Position numbers and translations under genes: made by a program. 64,000 nt of DNA from a virus (Duplodnaviria > Heunggongvirae > Uroviricota > Caudoviricetes): the IMG/VR virus record IMGVR_UViG_2724679237_000005, positions 44,631-108,630 of that record, one strand, 5' to 3'. This document shows positions 44,601-54,231 of the stretch, in pieces; the stretch's first letter is position 1, and each line of letters starts with the position of its first letter. The notes under the pieces were generated by a model. It was given only the letters and a program-made list of their open reading frames with translations, was not told the DNA's origin and ran no database searches.

Positions 44601-46400
44601 GATGCGAACGCGCATAGGTTCGAGATCTGGTTCTGTAATTGTCCAGACACCGTTCAAAACAGGCGTTTCCGCTGACGACAGGGCTTTTGAAAACGTAACC
44701 TTTGTTATGTTTTCGCCAGTTTCAAGAACATCGCGTTCAACGATTTTGCCTTCCTGATTCAATATCCGAATAAAGCTGCCGCTTTTAGCTAACGACACAG
44801 GCGCATCGAGAGTGATGCTGTTTTTGGTAAACTCCACAATTCGACCGGAGTTACGTTTACCTGCACGATATTTGTTCTGAATCAGAACGGTTTCACCAGG
44901 CATCAGAAATGAGGCGTCTAAGCCGGCAGTAAATGTAATTACATCCGACTCCATTCTGGCGGTATACAAAAGCCACAAACCAACTCGGTGAGCCTGGCCT
45001 CGGCTTGTACATCCAAATGCTACGACTTCTGTTTTACGCTCACCATAACGGCGCATTGCGTCCTGATCTTCAACGTATTCGATGTTTTGCTTATAACCGT
45101 CCTCCTTGTTGTTGTAGGTTACGAGCGCAACGGATGGGCGATCTTTACGCGCAGAACCTTTATAGGTAAACAGTCCATCTTTGACGTTGGAGTTGGTAAA
45201 CATCATTACCGGATCTGATGGGCTATCCTGCATGATGTTAACCATGCCACCAGCCCAAAACACCATGCCGCGGAATGCACCGGCAATATCCTGAATTAAT
45301 CGGTATGCGTCTTGTCGACTGGTGATCTGCGTATTGATTGCAAAGCGTTTCTCTTTACCCCCAAAGCCATCATCGACCTCTTCGTCACAATATCGACCAA
45401 TCTGGTAGAGCTGGCCGAGGTCAATCATGGATTCCGACACAAATTGCCCAAGACCATACCGAGTATTGGTAAGCAAATCGTAGAGAATCCACGCAGGGTT
45501 TGAAGAAGACAACAGCTTAAAAGTACCGTCCCATACGCCGACATAAGTATTGGTGTATTCGTTGTAGTTTGACGGTACTCGGATTTTGATACCGCGCACC
45601 AAATACGAACGGGAAGGCATTGTGCTACCAAACTGCTCTGAATTGACCTTCAAGCCAACAAGAGCAGAGTTAGGGTAGTTCATTGGCGTGTCGACAATCT
45701 CACCTATGGAATCAACCCATGTGTCGTTGTAGAGGTACTGGCTACTGTTATCATCTGTAAGACGAATCACCCTAACCTTGTATGCACGACCAGGCTTAGG
45801 TAGTTTCAGCTCATAGCTACGGTAATACACGCCTGTTTTCTTTGCCGTTAGCGTGATATCAACGCTTTTTTCACCTTCAGCGACCACATCTACAAATGTT
45901 GAGTCGCCATTTGCTATCTGGAACTTGTACTCAACAGTCGTACCGTTCGTGTCACCAGTTTTTTTATCTATGCTTCGCAAAGAAGGAAACTTCATGATGA
46001 CACGAACCCGATCAGCTTCATCGTTATCGATTGAAACCGTTACATAATGTGTTTTTTTTAACTGGATATTGACGGATTTAGGCGTTTCAACGAAATCAAA
46101 GCCAGACATTGGAGTCTGGTCTTGTGAACCGTCGCGAAAATCCCATGTGATTCCGCTGAAGTTGGAGGAACCGTCTTCATTTACAATCGGCAGATCGTCG
46201 ATAAAAATAGATCTTGCGCCATTTACTAAGCCGCCAATTACCCCTTCCCCAAGAAGATCGAGGATAGCGGCCATTGCACGAGAATTTACGGTATCGTCGG
46301 CTTCAACCGGTGTACGGCTGGAGCTTTTGCTGCTTTTTTTACCACCCGCACCGGCAATAAACAGCGGTAGCTTTTTCTTCTTGAACTGTTCCATGTTCAA
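41667..46400 (-). CDS. J: central tail fibre / tip attachment protein J-like
   Basis: Strong similarity to lambda J core (ALVGLKVNSEQFGS, AFGCTSRGQAHRVGLWLL, KYVAGIALGIDT...SQFLV); contains a run of 33-aa coiled-coil repeats. Confidence 0.8.
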   Translation of the reverse strand: MNMEQFKKKKLPLFIAGAGGKKSSKSSSRTPVEADDTVNSRAMAAILDLLGEGVIGGLVNGARSIFIDDLPIVNEDGSSNFSGITWDFRDGSQDQTPMSGFDFVETPKSVNIQLKKTHYVTVSIDNDEADRVRVIMKFPSLRSIDKKTGDTNGTTVEYKFQIANGDSTFVDVVAEGEKSVDITLTAKKTGVYYRSYELKLPKPGRAYKVRVIRLTDDNSSQYLYNDTWVDSIGEIVDTPMNYPNSALVGLKVNSEQFGSTMPSRSYLVRGIKIRVPSNYNEYTNTYVGVWDGTFKLLSSSNPAWILYDLLTNTRYGLGQFVSESMIDLGQLYQIGRYCDEEVDDGFGGKEKRFAINTQITSRQDAYRLIQDIAGAFRGMVFWAGGMVNIMQDSPSDPVMMFTNSNVKDGLFTYKGSARKDRPSVALVTYNNKEDGYKQNIEYVEDQDAMRRYGERKTEVVAFGCTSRGQAHRVGLWLLYTARMESDVITFTAGLDASFLMPGETVLIQNKYRAGKRNSGRIVEFTKNSITLDAPVSLAKSGSFIRILNQEGKIVERDVLETGENITKVTFSKALSSAETPVLNGVWTITEPDLEPMRVRIVNIAQGETPGSFDITAVENNPSKYEAIDNGATLIPQNTTVLDPTYSKPSNLQITEGTYLSSPGNLSVKLTATWEGKSPEYWISWRRSDENNVSNWQSARVTEEQYEIVNVAENGRYDFQLYAVSFNGKKTEIISTVYQVLGTMTPPDAPTSLTAVGDYRNVILNWVNPDSVDLDHINVYASQTNNLDTAKLIAESASTTFTHAGLGDSETWYYWVRASNKRGMLSPPNSNLGTEATTRDVLSFLAGKITSSELGQALLEDINSKASQEAVDELNEHINQSVESLEGSVNDVKEDIAELDKQFSDNLAGFEIKFNERSDALENAQTELKGEVSATIDKVNEAFEKIDATDAAIVEIENTVSEHDKALANTVEAIKAARDEAAALIAKESEARVEGDAANAKQLEVLQSTVEESSAAVEEMKKTVAEVDRASAELTTNIEALAKTNIDLALRQDEDQHKQMVNNAKIATTQKTFADDMSAMATKVEEIRVEIGEDIKASILEESTARADGDEALAKRVTQLQSKFEGDISAAISTEQEARTSADEALTTQITQLESKVSNDIVAAIKEEQEARATEDSALASQITQLQAKVDDDISAAIRSEQEARASGDSALAKQINQLQSKVDGDISAAITQEQEARASADQALSREINSLRAQTGTDIAAAVAVETKARTDADSALSTQISSLTAKANDLEASLARETTARADGDTALTKEVSSLKAQTAKDISAAVAVETQARTDADSALSSQITKLTSQYKEDIKAAVATETKTRTEQDAALATQITNLESQTAANISAAVTTETTARTQADNALSGRIDTLKAEVDGNTATIQQQATAIADTNKKVSTAWTLKMETSTSGGQKYVAGIALGIDTTGLSQFLVQADRFGLVNSVNGKITTPFVIENSIAYMNGAYIKDGTITNAKVGDLQSTNFVSGRSGWRFGKNGTLEINGNSGGNGRLVINGQRIDVYDDNNVLRVRIGLL

Positions 46401-46411
46401 AAAATCCTTGT

Positions 46412-47005
46412 TTACATTAGCTGGTCAATCGTGATTGAAGAACTCACAACCTGTGAGCCAACCAGAATTTCCTCGCCATAGATAAGTTGTACTGGGTTGC
46501 CCTGGTTTTCTGTATTTTGAGGGCCGTCGAAATAATAAGAGTTCGAGTTATCTGCCTGTCTCACACTTTCGTTAGTGGCTTGCGGCGATATGATTTGTGA
46601 TATGCCGCCCATCATCAGTGACAAACCGAGAGGTGCTAAAGCAGGCATCACTACCGCCGATACAACCAACAAAGCGGCCCCTACTACCGTCTGAAACCAC
46701 CCAAAAGCAGATCCACCGCTTCCTCGCGGAACAGGTGTAATGCGGATTTTGGCAATGTTGTCAGACTGCCCCATCATCTGATATTCACTCTCGTCCACAG
46801 ACCACTTGTGGCCCTGTTTATTGGTGATCTGGATGTGGTATCTGTCATAGGTTTTGATGTTGCGCTTCATCCATGCTTTAAACCCTGGCTTGTTGGCCTC
46901 AATTAAATCCAGAGCCTGTTTTGTATTGCGCACCTTTAGATGCCAGTGGCGGCCAAAATGTTTGGCCATAGGGCCGCCAAGCTGCACATGAACTAACTCA
47001 GACAC
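46412..47005 (-). CDS. I: tail assembly protein I-like
   Basis: Size, position after J, C-terminal hydrophobic segment as in lambda gpI. Confidence 0.7.
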   Translation of the reverse strand: MSELVHVQLGGPMAKHFGRHWHLKVRNTKQALDLIEANKPGFKAWMKRNIKTYDRYHIQITNKQGHKWSVDESEYQMMGQSDNIAKIRITPVPRGSGGSAFGWFQTVVGAALLVVSAVVMPALAPLGLSLMMGGISQIISPQATNESVRQADNSNSYYFDGPQNTENQGNPVQLIYGEEILVGSQVVSSSITIDQLM

Positions 47006-47817
47006 GTCTCATCTCCCTTGAGCAAGTCTCTGTGACGCAAGTGATGCGTCGTATGTTTCTGATACATCCCGCCGTAATAAGCACGACAACTAAGGCGGTC
47101 GATCTGGTGATGAAGAATCATTCCATCGCCGATATAAACCGCACAGTGGTCAGGCATTTTTCCGTATTGGATAAAGAAGACGTCCCCACGTTGAGGTTCT
47201 GTTCCGGACGCAAGCCGTACCAATCCTTCGTTTCGGTAGTTCTGATCGAGAATGTCGTTATCGCCGGTGTACCACGATGGAATATGCAGGTGTGCGTTCG
47301 GGTTTAGTTCGACGTTAAACTCACGCTTCAAATAGTCCCGACACAACATCCAGCAATCAAATACGCCAAATACATACGGTCTGCCCAGGTATGGCATTTC
47401 GAAACCATCAGGTGTGATCACATTCATCTCGCTAAAATGGAAAGGGGCATCTCCCTCAACATTCTTGCGAATAGCCAGAATCATCCACGGAACTTCCGTC
47501 GCTTCGCAGCCTGCACGATCGGCATAAGATGCTTCTGCTGATTCATCAGTATGTGAATGCCAGATTGCGATAACATCACCCGCATCCTCTGCCGCCATAA
47601 TGTCGTCAACGTGCATTACAAAAGTGTTCTGCGGGTTCTCCGAAACATTCCGCGCTTCCATAAAGCGATATTTGTCGCCATTAGTTCTAACCAGAAAGCC
47701 ACACGCTTCATTAGGGTAGCGATTTATGGCGCAGAGATAGATTTGCTGCATAACGTCAGAGCCAAGCTCAGGGATTGCTTTATTACCCATACCGCGTAGC
47801 TCCAATAAATCCGCCAA
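46993..47817 (-). CDS. K: tail assembly protein K-like (JAB/MPN plus NlpC/P60)
   Basis: JAB metalloprotease motif around IWHSHTDESAEASYAD, position between L and I. Confidence 0.75.
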   Translation of the reverse strand: MADLLELRGMGNKAIPELGSDVMQQIYLCAINRYPNEACGFLVRTNGDKYRFMEARNVSENPQNTFVMHVDDIMAAEDAGDVIAIWHSHTDESAEASYADRAGCEATEVPWMILAIRKNVEGDAPFHFSEMNVITPDGFEMPYLGRPYVFGVFDCWMLCRDYLKREFNVELNPNAHLHIPSWYTGDNDILDQNYRNEGLVRLASGTEPQRGDVFFIQYGKMPDHCAVYIGDGMILHHQIDRLSCRAYYGGMYQKHTTHHLRHRDLLKGDETCLS

Positions 47818-48514
47818 AATGGATCACACCGTCGGCAAAATAATTCCGACGCGCATTACAGGCGTCATAACGTTTTGTGCAGTAATCCGCACCAGACATA
47901 GACGTCTGCTGGTTATTTTTGTCGAAATATGGACCGGTATAGCCGCATTCTGGCCCTCGGTATTTCCACGGGCAGGTGTTTTTAATGATCTGACGATACG
48001 GCAGTTGCACCCCCATCAAATCGAACACACTGGACAATTCAAACTCGACAACCTGATGAGTTTCGAGAGTTTTCTGTTCGATAAACCACATTTCATCCGG
48101 AAAATGTTGGTTTGGATCTGCTGTTGGGTTGCCGTCTTTAAAATTAACGGCATCGAGGAAGCGAGCCAGCGTCATCTTGCGAATAATGCGGCAGCCAACA
48201 AGATCGTCGTTCGCCTGAACTTCCGCAGAGACGGTTCCGGCAAAGTTCGATACCTGAATTTTTGGACGTGGCAACGTTCCCTGGCCAGTTTTGTCAAAGC
48301 CTGATGCTTTGATTGGCCACGGCTCGTATGTCACTCCTTGCCAGACGACCGGTTGCATCAGTTCGTTTGTTCCGGCGTGGAAGAATAGCTTTCCCCCTGA
48401 AGTTGTGTTCGACATATCCAATACGAACAACTCAATGAGTGCAGAGGGAGATAAGCTCTGAATATCAGCTTTAATTCCCATTGTTTCATCCTTGAAATAA
48501 GTAGGCGCTAACAT
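47783..48514 (-). CDS. L: minor tail protein L-like
   Basis: C-terminal Cys cluster CPWKYRGPECGYTGP...C...C as in lambda gpL. Confidence 0.75.
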   Translation of the reverse strand: MLAPTYFKDETMGIKADIQSLSPSALIELFVLDMSNTTSGGKLFFHAGTNELMQPVVWQGVTYEPWPIKASGFDKTGQGTLPRPKIQVSNFAGTVSAEVQANDDLVGCRIIRKMTLARFLDAVNFKDGNPTADPNQHFPDEMWFIEQKTLETHQVVEFELSSVFDLMGVQLPYRQIIKNTCPWKYRGPECGYTGPYFDKNNQQTSMSGADYCTKRYDACNARRNYFADGVIHFGGFIGATRYG

Positions 48515-48563
48515 CCTGTCAGCGCCACAATGATAGTAAATTAGTACTTACTTATCCAGATGC

Positions 48564-48899
48564 TTAAGCCTCAAATACTTGTCTGAATGTGGCAGTTAAG
48601 ACACAGTACCCCTGATATCGCTTGACCGTATGACTGTCACATACAACTACAATCTGCTTGCCTCTTGGATTAACCCAATAGAACGATTCAACACCTGATC
48701 GCTCAGTCAGGAAGTCATCGATTGCATTAATTTCGTTGTATGATCTGGTAAAGGTTAACGACCATTCTTCTTTAATACGATTAAGACCTTGAGCCTGTCG
48801 CTGCTCGTAGTCATCACCAAAATTAAGTACCGTTACATTCGGTTTTACGCTCTTTTCAGATTCGTAATCTGGATACCAATTAAACGTTTGTCTTTCCAT
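48564..48899 (-). CDS. M: minor tail protein M-like
   Basis: 111 aa, position immediately downstream of tape measure gene. Confidence 0.65.
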   Translation of the reverse strand: MERQTFNWYPDYESEKSVKPNVTVLNFGDDYEQRQAQGLNRIKEEWSLTFTRSYNEINAIDDFLTERSGVESFYWVNPRGKQIVVVCDSHTVKRYQGYCVLTATFRQVFEA

Positions 48900-48941
48900 C
48901 TCACATCCTTGTGAGACTGCCCCGGTCGGGGCAGTCGATAG

Positions 48942-51900
48942 TTAGTTACGTTGAGTGTTTGGGTTGAGTGATCCGCCAGGGCGTTTCTCTTGAGCGATAG
49001 TCTCAAGCGCGATTGCTTTCATCCGTTGAGCGGCATTGTTCCATATGCTTTCTGTATCGCCGGATTCTGTCGTGCTACCGTCACTATGGACGTTGATCTC
49101 AATTGATACAGGAGAAAGAACATTTCCGCCTCCACTCATACCATCGGTACTGAGCGTTACAGGGATTGTTCGGCCATCAGGCAATGGAACATACGCCTCA
49201 TTCATAGAACCTTCCCCAAACAACGCTAATTGAGGCGAGTTAGCAATACCGCCTTTCTGGTATGCCCGGAGCGGGATCACGCCGTCTTTTCCGAATATTC
49301 CTCCATTTGCAAACTTCGGGATTGCAGGAATGCCTTTAGTTCCGTCAGCCACACTGCTGGTTGCGGTTTTAGCAGAGCTTGATGTCACGCTGTCGAAACC
49401 ACCGCCAGTCCAAGCTGAAACAAGACCAGATGCAACCGTTGCTCCAAAACTCAACCACTTATTACCAGAGCCGGAAGCATTAGCTCCAAGCATTGCAAAC
49501 GCGGCAGACAGAGCGCCGGTAACAGAGCTGAGGTTCTGCATCGAGAAGATGGAGTCCTTCACTGCTTTTGTCTCAGCATCTTTGGCTTCGGTGCTATCAA
49601 ATAGCCCCGATACCCAGCTACCAATCGCATTTGTTGCAGTGCCAATTGCGCTGGTGGTCTGCTGTGTTGTTTGCCCCAATCCAGTTACCGAACTGGACGT
49701 CTCCTTCGTGGCTTCTCCTACTGACTTGTCGCCGTTAACAGTGTTGCCCATTCGTACCCCTTGATTGGCAACGGCGGAAGCAACCCCGGCCAGCAAATTA
49801 CCACTCTGTGAACTACCAGCTGCGGTGGTTCCCATCCCCAACATGTTCATTAGAGGCAGCGTGATCTGCGACTTCACGACCATATTGGTGATATCTTTCA
49901 AAATGGACTGAGACAGGCTGGAGAAGCTCATCTTCCCGTTAATAACGAAATCAGTCAGGACATCAGTTAAGCCACTAAACAAATCAGTCCAGGTGCTTTC
50001 GATCTGCTCTGCCAAGTTTTCGTATTCCAGTGCCAACTTCTGCGTCGCAATCCCCGTCTCTTTAATAAGCGCGGTATTGCCAGCAGCAATAAGTTGATTG
50101 ATTTTCTTTGTATAAAGCGCCACGACTTTAGGATCAGACGCCTTATCACGAAGTTCTATCAACGCTTTGAGATTGCGGTTGTAAGTGTCTTCGAAATCAG
50201 CAACTTTCTCTTCACGAGACGGCGTATAGCCAGCACTAATAATGGAATCCGCCTCCGGTGCCCAAGTGGAGATCATCTGCTCAACATTGCGGCGATTAAA
50301 CATCTCGCGATATTCAGGTGTCGCATTTTTGAGGTCTTCAAGACGTTTTTTCGCCTTGTCGATCATCTCTTGAGTGATGAACTCGTTAGGAATCGCATTA
50401 GCCAAATCAGTTAGCGATTTTGTTGTATCGCGAAGAGACTGATCAAACGATACCGTAGCCTTAGAGCTTTCACCCATTTGCCCCATAAGCTGATCGGCTT
50501 TATCCAGAGCCTTCTGATATCCGGCCGCCAGTTTCTGTTGCGCTGCCTGTTCTTTCTTGGCCGCACGCTGCGAGGCATTAGCTGATCGTTGGGCTGCTTT
50601 CTCGGCGGCTGCGGCATCCTGTTCACGAGCTTTAGTAAGTGCGGCAATGGCTGCGGCACGCTCTTCATCGCTCATTTTCTCCAGAGAGCTGGCACTGGAT
50701 GCTTTCTGCAAATTAAGCTGCGTCTTGAGTTGTTTAGGCCCAATAATCGGCTTACCTTCGAAGTCCATCATCGGAGTGCCGTCAGGCAAAGTACGTTGAT
50801 AAGTCGCAGAATCCATCTGGTTTCGCATATATTGCGCCAGCGCCTTCTGAGCAGCTTTATCAGTTGTACCTAACCCCAGAACAGTCCCCTGGTTTGACAT
50901 TACGCCCTTACCAGTTTTGGCAGCGTTATCTCTCTCGAACTCTGCCTGAGTCAGTTCCTGAGCGACGACTTCCAAATTCTCCTGATAACCACGAATACTG
51001 CCTTGCAGTTTCTTGATCTGCTCGGTGTTTCCTTCCTTTTTCGCTTTTTCAAGCTGATCATTAAGAGTGGCTATTTGCCCCTCGACAGCATTCTTACGAG
51101 AAGAAAGTGAATCAACCAGTTTTTGCGCAGGCTCCAGATAGCTTTTGTTTACCGTTTCACGTAACGGTGCCAATAGCTTGTTCTTTTCGTCATCTGAAAG
51201 TGAACCGTCATCATTGATTTTCTGGATCTTATCCAGAGCCTCCTGCCGGGCTTTCACGAATGTTGCCGCAAAGTCTCTATTCTCTTCCCGTATTTTCTCT
51301 ATCTGTGATTCTGCCGCATCTTTTGCAAGACGTTTGGCTACAGCAATGTCTCCGCGTTCAATTGCCCCAGTAGTTTTATCGCGTTTCTTACGAAGGTCAT
51401 TTAGCTCATTTTCTATACGCTTACGTTCATCCTGATTAATCTTTACTGTAGTTCCGGCCATACCCGGCCCATAAACCACCTTTTCGCCAGATTTTAACTC
51501 TTGTTCCTTTTGCGTGATTTGTTGCTCAAGACGCGCTTTATACTCCGCCATCTGTGCACGTTTGGCCGCCGTCATCGCCTCTGGTATTTTCCTAATCTCG
51601 TCAACGACCTTTGAAGTTTCGCTGCGGAGCATGGTCATGTACGTGATTAGGCCAGCAACAGCTACAGTGGCAACTGTAAATGCTGCCCCTATAGGGTTTG
51701 CTGCAATGAACGCCGTTAATCCAGCAAAAGCGCCTTTAAGCCCCGTAATCGCCCCACGGATGGCGAAAATAAGAGAGGGGATCGGAGCCAGCCCCATACG
51801 TGCCGCACGATTGAATCGAGTTACTGCTGTAGCGCCGAGGTTAAATGGAGTCTGTATGGCGGTCGCCATCGTGGCAAAGGTGCTAACCATCTGGCTGCCT

Positions 51901-53522
51901 GCGCCAACTACCCCCATGATCCCTGCTCGCATCAGTTTGAACGCAACCATCGCGGCCACTACCTTACCGAGATTAATTACCAGCTCTTGGTTCTTTGCTA
52001 ACCATTGAGCAAGCTGACGCAACCCATCGATTGCCGTCGTTAACCCCGAGCCTAAAGAATTGGCAAACGAAATCCCTTCGGCGCTATTCATGATTGAAGC
52101 CAGTTCTTTCATCCCCTTCGATAGAGAATCCAGATATCCGGCCTGACCAACCCGATCAGCAAATAACGTGAATGACGTCTGAAGTTGCGCCAGCGCACCT
52201 GTGTAGGTTTGCATCATGTCTTTCGCTGCGTTCTCATTCTCCGCACGCAGACCAACAAACATCAGAGACAACGCCTGTTTTGCCTCAACCGTACCGCTGG
52301 CAACGGCTTTAGTCAGTTCCCCCATAGTGATGCCTGCGGCGTCTGCCATTGCCTGCATCGCGTTAGGAACGGCTTCACCTAATTGCTGACGTAGTTCTTC
52401 CATTGACACAACGCCCTTACCGGACATCTGCTGAACGGCCACAGCCGCACGTTTCAACAGCTCACTATCACCACCAAAACGAGCAACGGAGTCCACCAGC
52501 GCCTTCAGAGAACCATCGGTTGGATCTAAGCCAGCAGAACGAAACTTCACGAAGGAATCTGTTAACGCCTGCATCGCGAACGGCGCATTTTGCGCCATGT
52601 CTACGATGTACTTCATATCATCAGCGGCAGCCTGGCCCGGGTTGGACTTCTCCTTATTCAACCCTCGAAGCATCACCCGCATACGTTCCATTTCGGCCGC
52701 AGCTTCAACAATAGGCTTCTGCCACCCAAACATGATGTCAGTAACCGTTCTGGCTGCATCTCCGATCTCGCCAAGCAGGAAAATGTTGCCACGAAGGCCA
52801 GAGAACATACCTCCTTCGTTACTTTTACCGCTATGGCCAGAAGCGCCGCTACGCCGCCCGCTACCACCATCGCCACTTCCAGATGTACGAACGCGTACCG
52901 GCTTGCTAATCAGTTGCTGACGTCCGATAACTTCGTCCATCTGCTCACGAACCTTTTTCAGTCCCTCGGCAGCCTGACTCGTTGTGACACCCCAATTACT
53001 GAGTCGCTTCGTCGTGGTATTAAGGCGCGTATTCATGCCACTCACGGACGCAGAGACTTCTTTGGCCTCCGTACCAAAGCGGCTTGCGCTTTTGCTTGCA
53101 TAGGTCGCCCAATCAGAGAAATCATTTAGCTCTGATTGCACTTTACGTAATGACGCGGTGAGTTTATCTACTGAAGAAGTTGTCGTATCGACGCGCTCAA
53201 TCAGGGCTTTAAGACCAGAATTGAGGCTGGTGATGTTGCCACGCATTTTACGCGTAGCATCTGAAGCAAGCTCAAAACCGGCAGCTACATCCTGTAGTTT
53301 ATCTGCCGTAGAATCGAGCTTGCTTTCCAGAACGCCAATGATACGGGCGACCGAACCCAAAGAGCGTTCAAAGGTTTGGATTTTTTGAGCAGGCTTTGTT
53401 ACCTGCTCACCAAATCGAGTAAGCAGTTTCCCCGCACGATCGATTGACGCTGTAAACTGTTTGTCTTCCAGCGACAGGATAAACTCTACGTTTTGTGACA
53501 TTCCCTTGTCATCCTCTGCCAA
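48942..53522 (-). CDS. tail tape measure protein
   Basis: 1526 aa, extended alpha-helical/coiled-coil composition, Gly-rich hydrophobic segments, position between chaperones and gpM. Confidence 0.85.
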   Translation of the reverse strand: MAEDDKGMSQNVEFILSLEDKQFTASIDRAGKLLTRFGEQVTKPAQKIQTFERSLGSVARIIGVLESKLDSTADKLQDVAAGFELASDATRKMRGNITSLNSGLKALIERVDTTTSSVDKLTASLRKVQSELNDFSDWATYASKSASRFGTEAKEVSASVSGMNTRLNTTTKRLSNWGVTTSQAAEGLKKVREQMDEVIGRQQLISKPVRVRTSGSGDGGSGRRSGASGHSGKSNEGGMFSGLRGNIFLLGEIGDAARTVTDIMFGWQKPIVEAAAEMERMRVMLRGLNKEKSNPGQAAADDMKYIVDMAQNAPFAMQALTDSFVKFRSAGLDPTDGSLKALVDSVARFGGDSELLKRAAVAVQQMSGKGVVSMEELRQQLGEAVPNAMQAMADAAGITMGELTKAVASGTVEAKQALSLMFVGLRAENENAAKDMMQTYTGALAQLQTSFTLFADRVGQAGYLDSLSKGMKELASIMNSAEGISFANSLGSGLTTAIDGLRQLAQWLAKNQELVINLGKVVAAMVAFKLMRAGIMGVVGAGSQMVSTFATMATAIQTPFNLGATAVTRFNRAARMGLAPIPSLIFAIRGAITGLKGAFAGLTAFIAANPIGAAFTVATVAVAGLITYMTMLRSETSKVVDEIRKIPEAMTAAKRAQMAEYKARLEQQITQKEQELKSGEKVVYGPGMAGTTVKINQDERKRIENELNDLRKKRDKTTGAIERGDIAVAKRLAKDAAESQIEKIREENRDFAATFVKARQEALDKIQKINDDGSLSDDEKNKLLAPLRETVNKSYLEPAQKLVDSLSSRKNAVEGQIATLNDQLEKAKKEGNTEQIKKLQGSIRGYQENLEVVAQELTQAEFERDNAAKTGKGVMSNQGTVLGLGTTDKAAQKALAQYMRNQMDSATYQRTLPDGTPMMDFEGKPIIGPKQLKTQLNLQKASSASSLEKMSDEERAAAIAALTKAREQDAAAAEKAAQRSANASQRAAKKEQAAQQKLAAGYQKALDKADQLMGQMGESSKATVSFDQSLRDTTKSLTDLANAIPNEFITQEMIDKAKKRLEDLKNATPEYREMFNRRNVEQMISTWAPEADSIISAGYTPSREEKVADFEDTYNRNLKALIELRDKASDPKVVALYTKKINQLIAAGNTALIKETGIATQKLALEYENLAEQIESTWTDLFSGLTDVLTDFVINGKMSFSSLSQSILKDITNMVVKSQITLPLMNMLGMGTTAAGSSQSGNLLAGVASAVANQGVRMGNTVNGDKSVGEATKETSSSVTGLGQTTQQTTSAIGTATNAIGSWVSGLFDSTEAKDAETKAVKDSIFSMQNLSSVTGALSAAFAMLGANASGSGNKWLSFGATVASGLVSAWTGGGFDSVTSSSAKTATSSVADGTKGIPAIPKFANGGIFGKDGVIPLRAYQKGGIANSPQLALFGEGSMNEAYVPLPDGRTIPVTLSTDGMSGGGNVLSPVSIEINVHSDGSTTESGDTESIWNNAAQRMKAIALETIAQEKRPGGSLNPNTQRN

Positions 53523-53778
53523 ATATTTGCATCAGTTGCTCTTTGGCGTCAGGGTCTGCCTTATCCTGGCTTGGATCGTAGACTTTATCTGTTACGACTG
53601 GTCTTCCAATCCTGAGTTGCAAACCCTCCATGAACGCCTTCACAGCCTCGCCATCCGCCTGGGACGCACGAGCGACTTGTAAGTTGCGGACATCCTCTTC
53701 CGCACGCAGACGGTCTATATTGCGACTGAGCATCCAGAACATCGTGAGAGGAACGTTCAGTAGCTCTAATGGCGACAC
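53509..53778 (-). CDS. tail assembly chaperone extension (T-like), probable frameshift product
   Basis: ORF in alternate frame directly downstream of G-like chaperone and upstream of tape measure. Confidence 0.4.
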   Translation of the reverse strand: MSPLELLNVPLTMFWMLSRNIDRLRAEEDVRNLQVARASQADGEAVKAFMEGLQLRIGRPVVTDKVYDPSQDKADPDAKEQLMQIFGRG

Positions 53779-53858
53779 GGCGTAGTGAGCAACTACACGA
53801 CTGAAATAGAATCCGAGATCTATTGAGACGGTCCTTGTCCCGGATTCATCGCGGGAAA

Positions 53859-54176
53859 TTACTTTGCCCCTTCGCCAGCCGCTTTTTCGTTTTCTTCATC
53901 AATCACTTCCATAGCGAAGGTGAAGATCTGCTGGAGTTGCGGAACAGTCAGTTTTTCAAGAACTTCGTCAGGTACTGAAGGGATAACCTTACGAACCAGA
54001 TCTGCATAAGCTGTCACTTGCTCAACAGGAGACATGTTCATGAGATCTTTGCCTTCCATCTGCTTGATGGAAACGAACAGACCTACCGTCATTTCAACGA
54101 TGGGATATTCCTGACCGCCAAATTTGATGCTTTTCTTCGGAGGCAGAATGGAATCTAGATCGAGTAATTTGGTCAT
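53859..54176 (-). CDS. tail assembly chaperone (G-like)
   Basis: 105 aa acidic protein between major tail and tape measure genes. Confidence 0.55.
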   Translation of the reverse strand: MTKLLDLDSILPPKKSIKFGGQEYPIVEMTVGLFVSIKQMEGKDLMNMSPVEQVTAYADLVRKVIPSVPDEVLEKLTVPQLQQIFTFAMEVIDEENEKAAGEGAK

Positions 54177-54231
54177 TGGTTAAAATCCTTTTAAAAGAGA
54201 GGCCCATCCTGAGCCTCTGCTTAATTACTGA

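Noticed and set aside
37276-46400. Diversity-generating retroelement targeting the tail fibre genes
   Set aside because: No reverse transcriptase gene anywhere in the window and no template/variable repeat pair with adenine-specific differences was seen; the repeats present are in-frame structural repeats.
49330-52008. Several 100-180-aa ORFs on the plus strand inside the tape measure gene
   Set aside because: Antisense to a 1526-aa gene with strong contextual support; no start signals; spurious.
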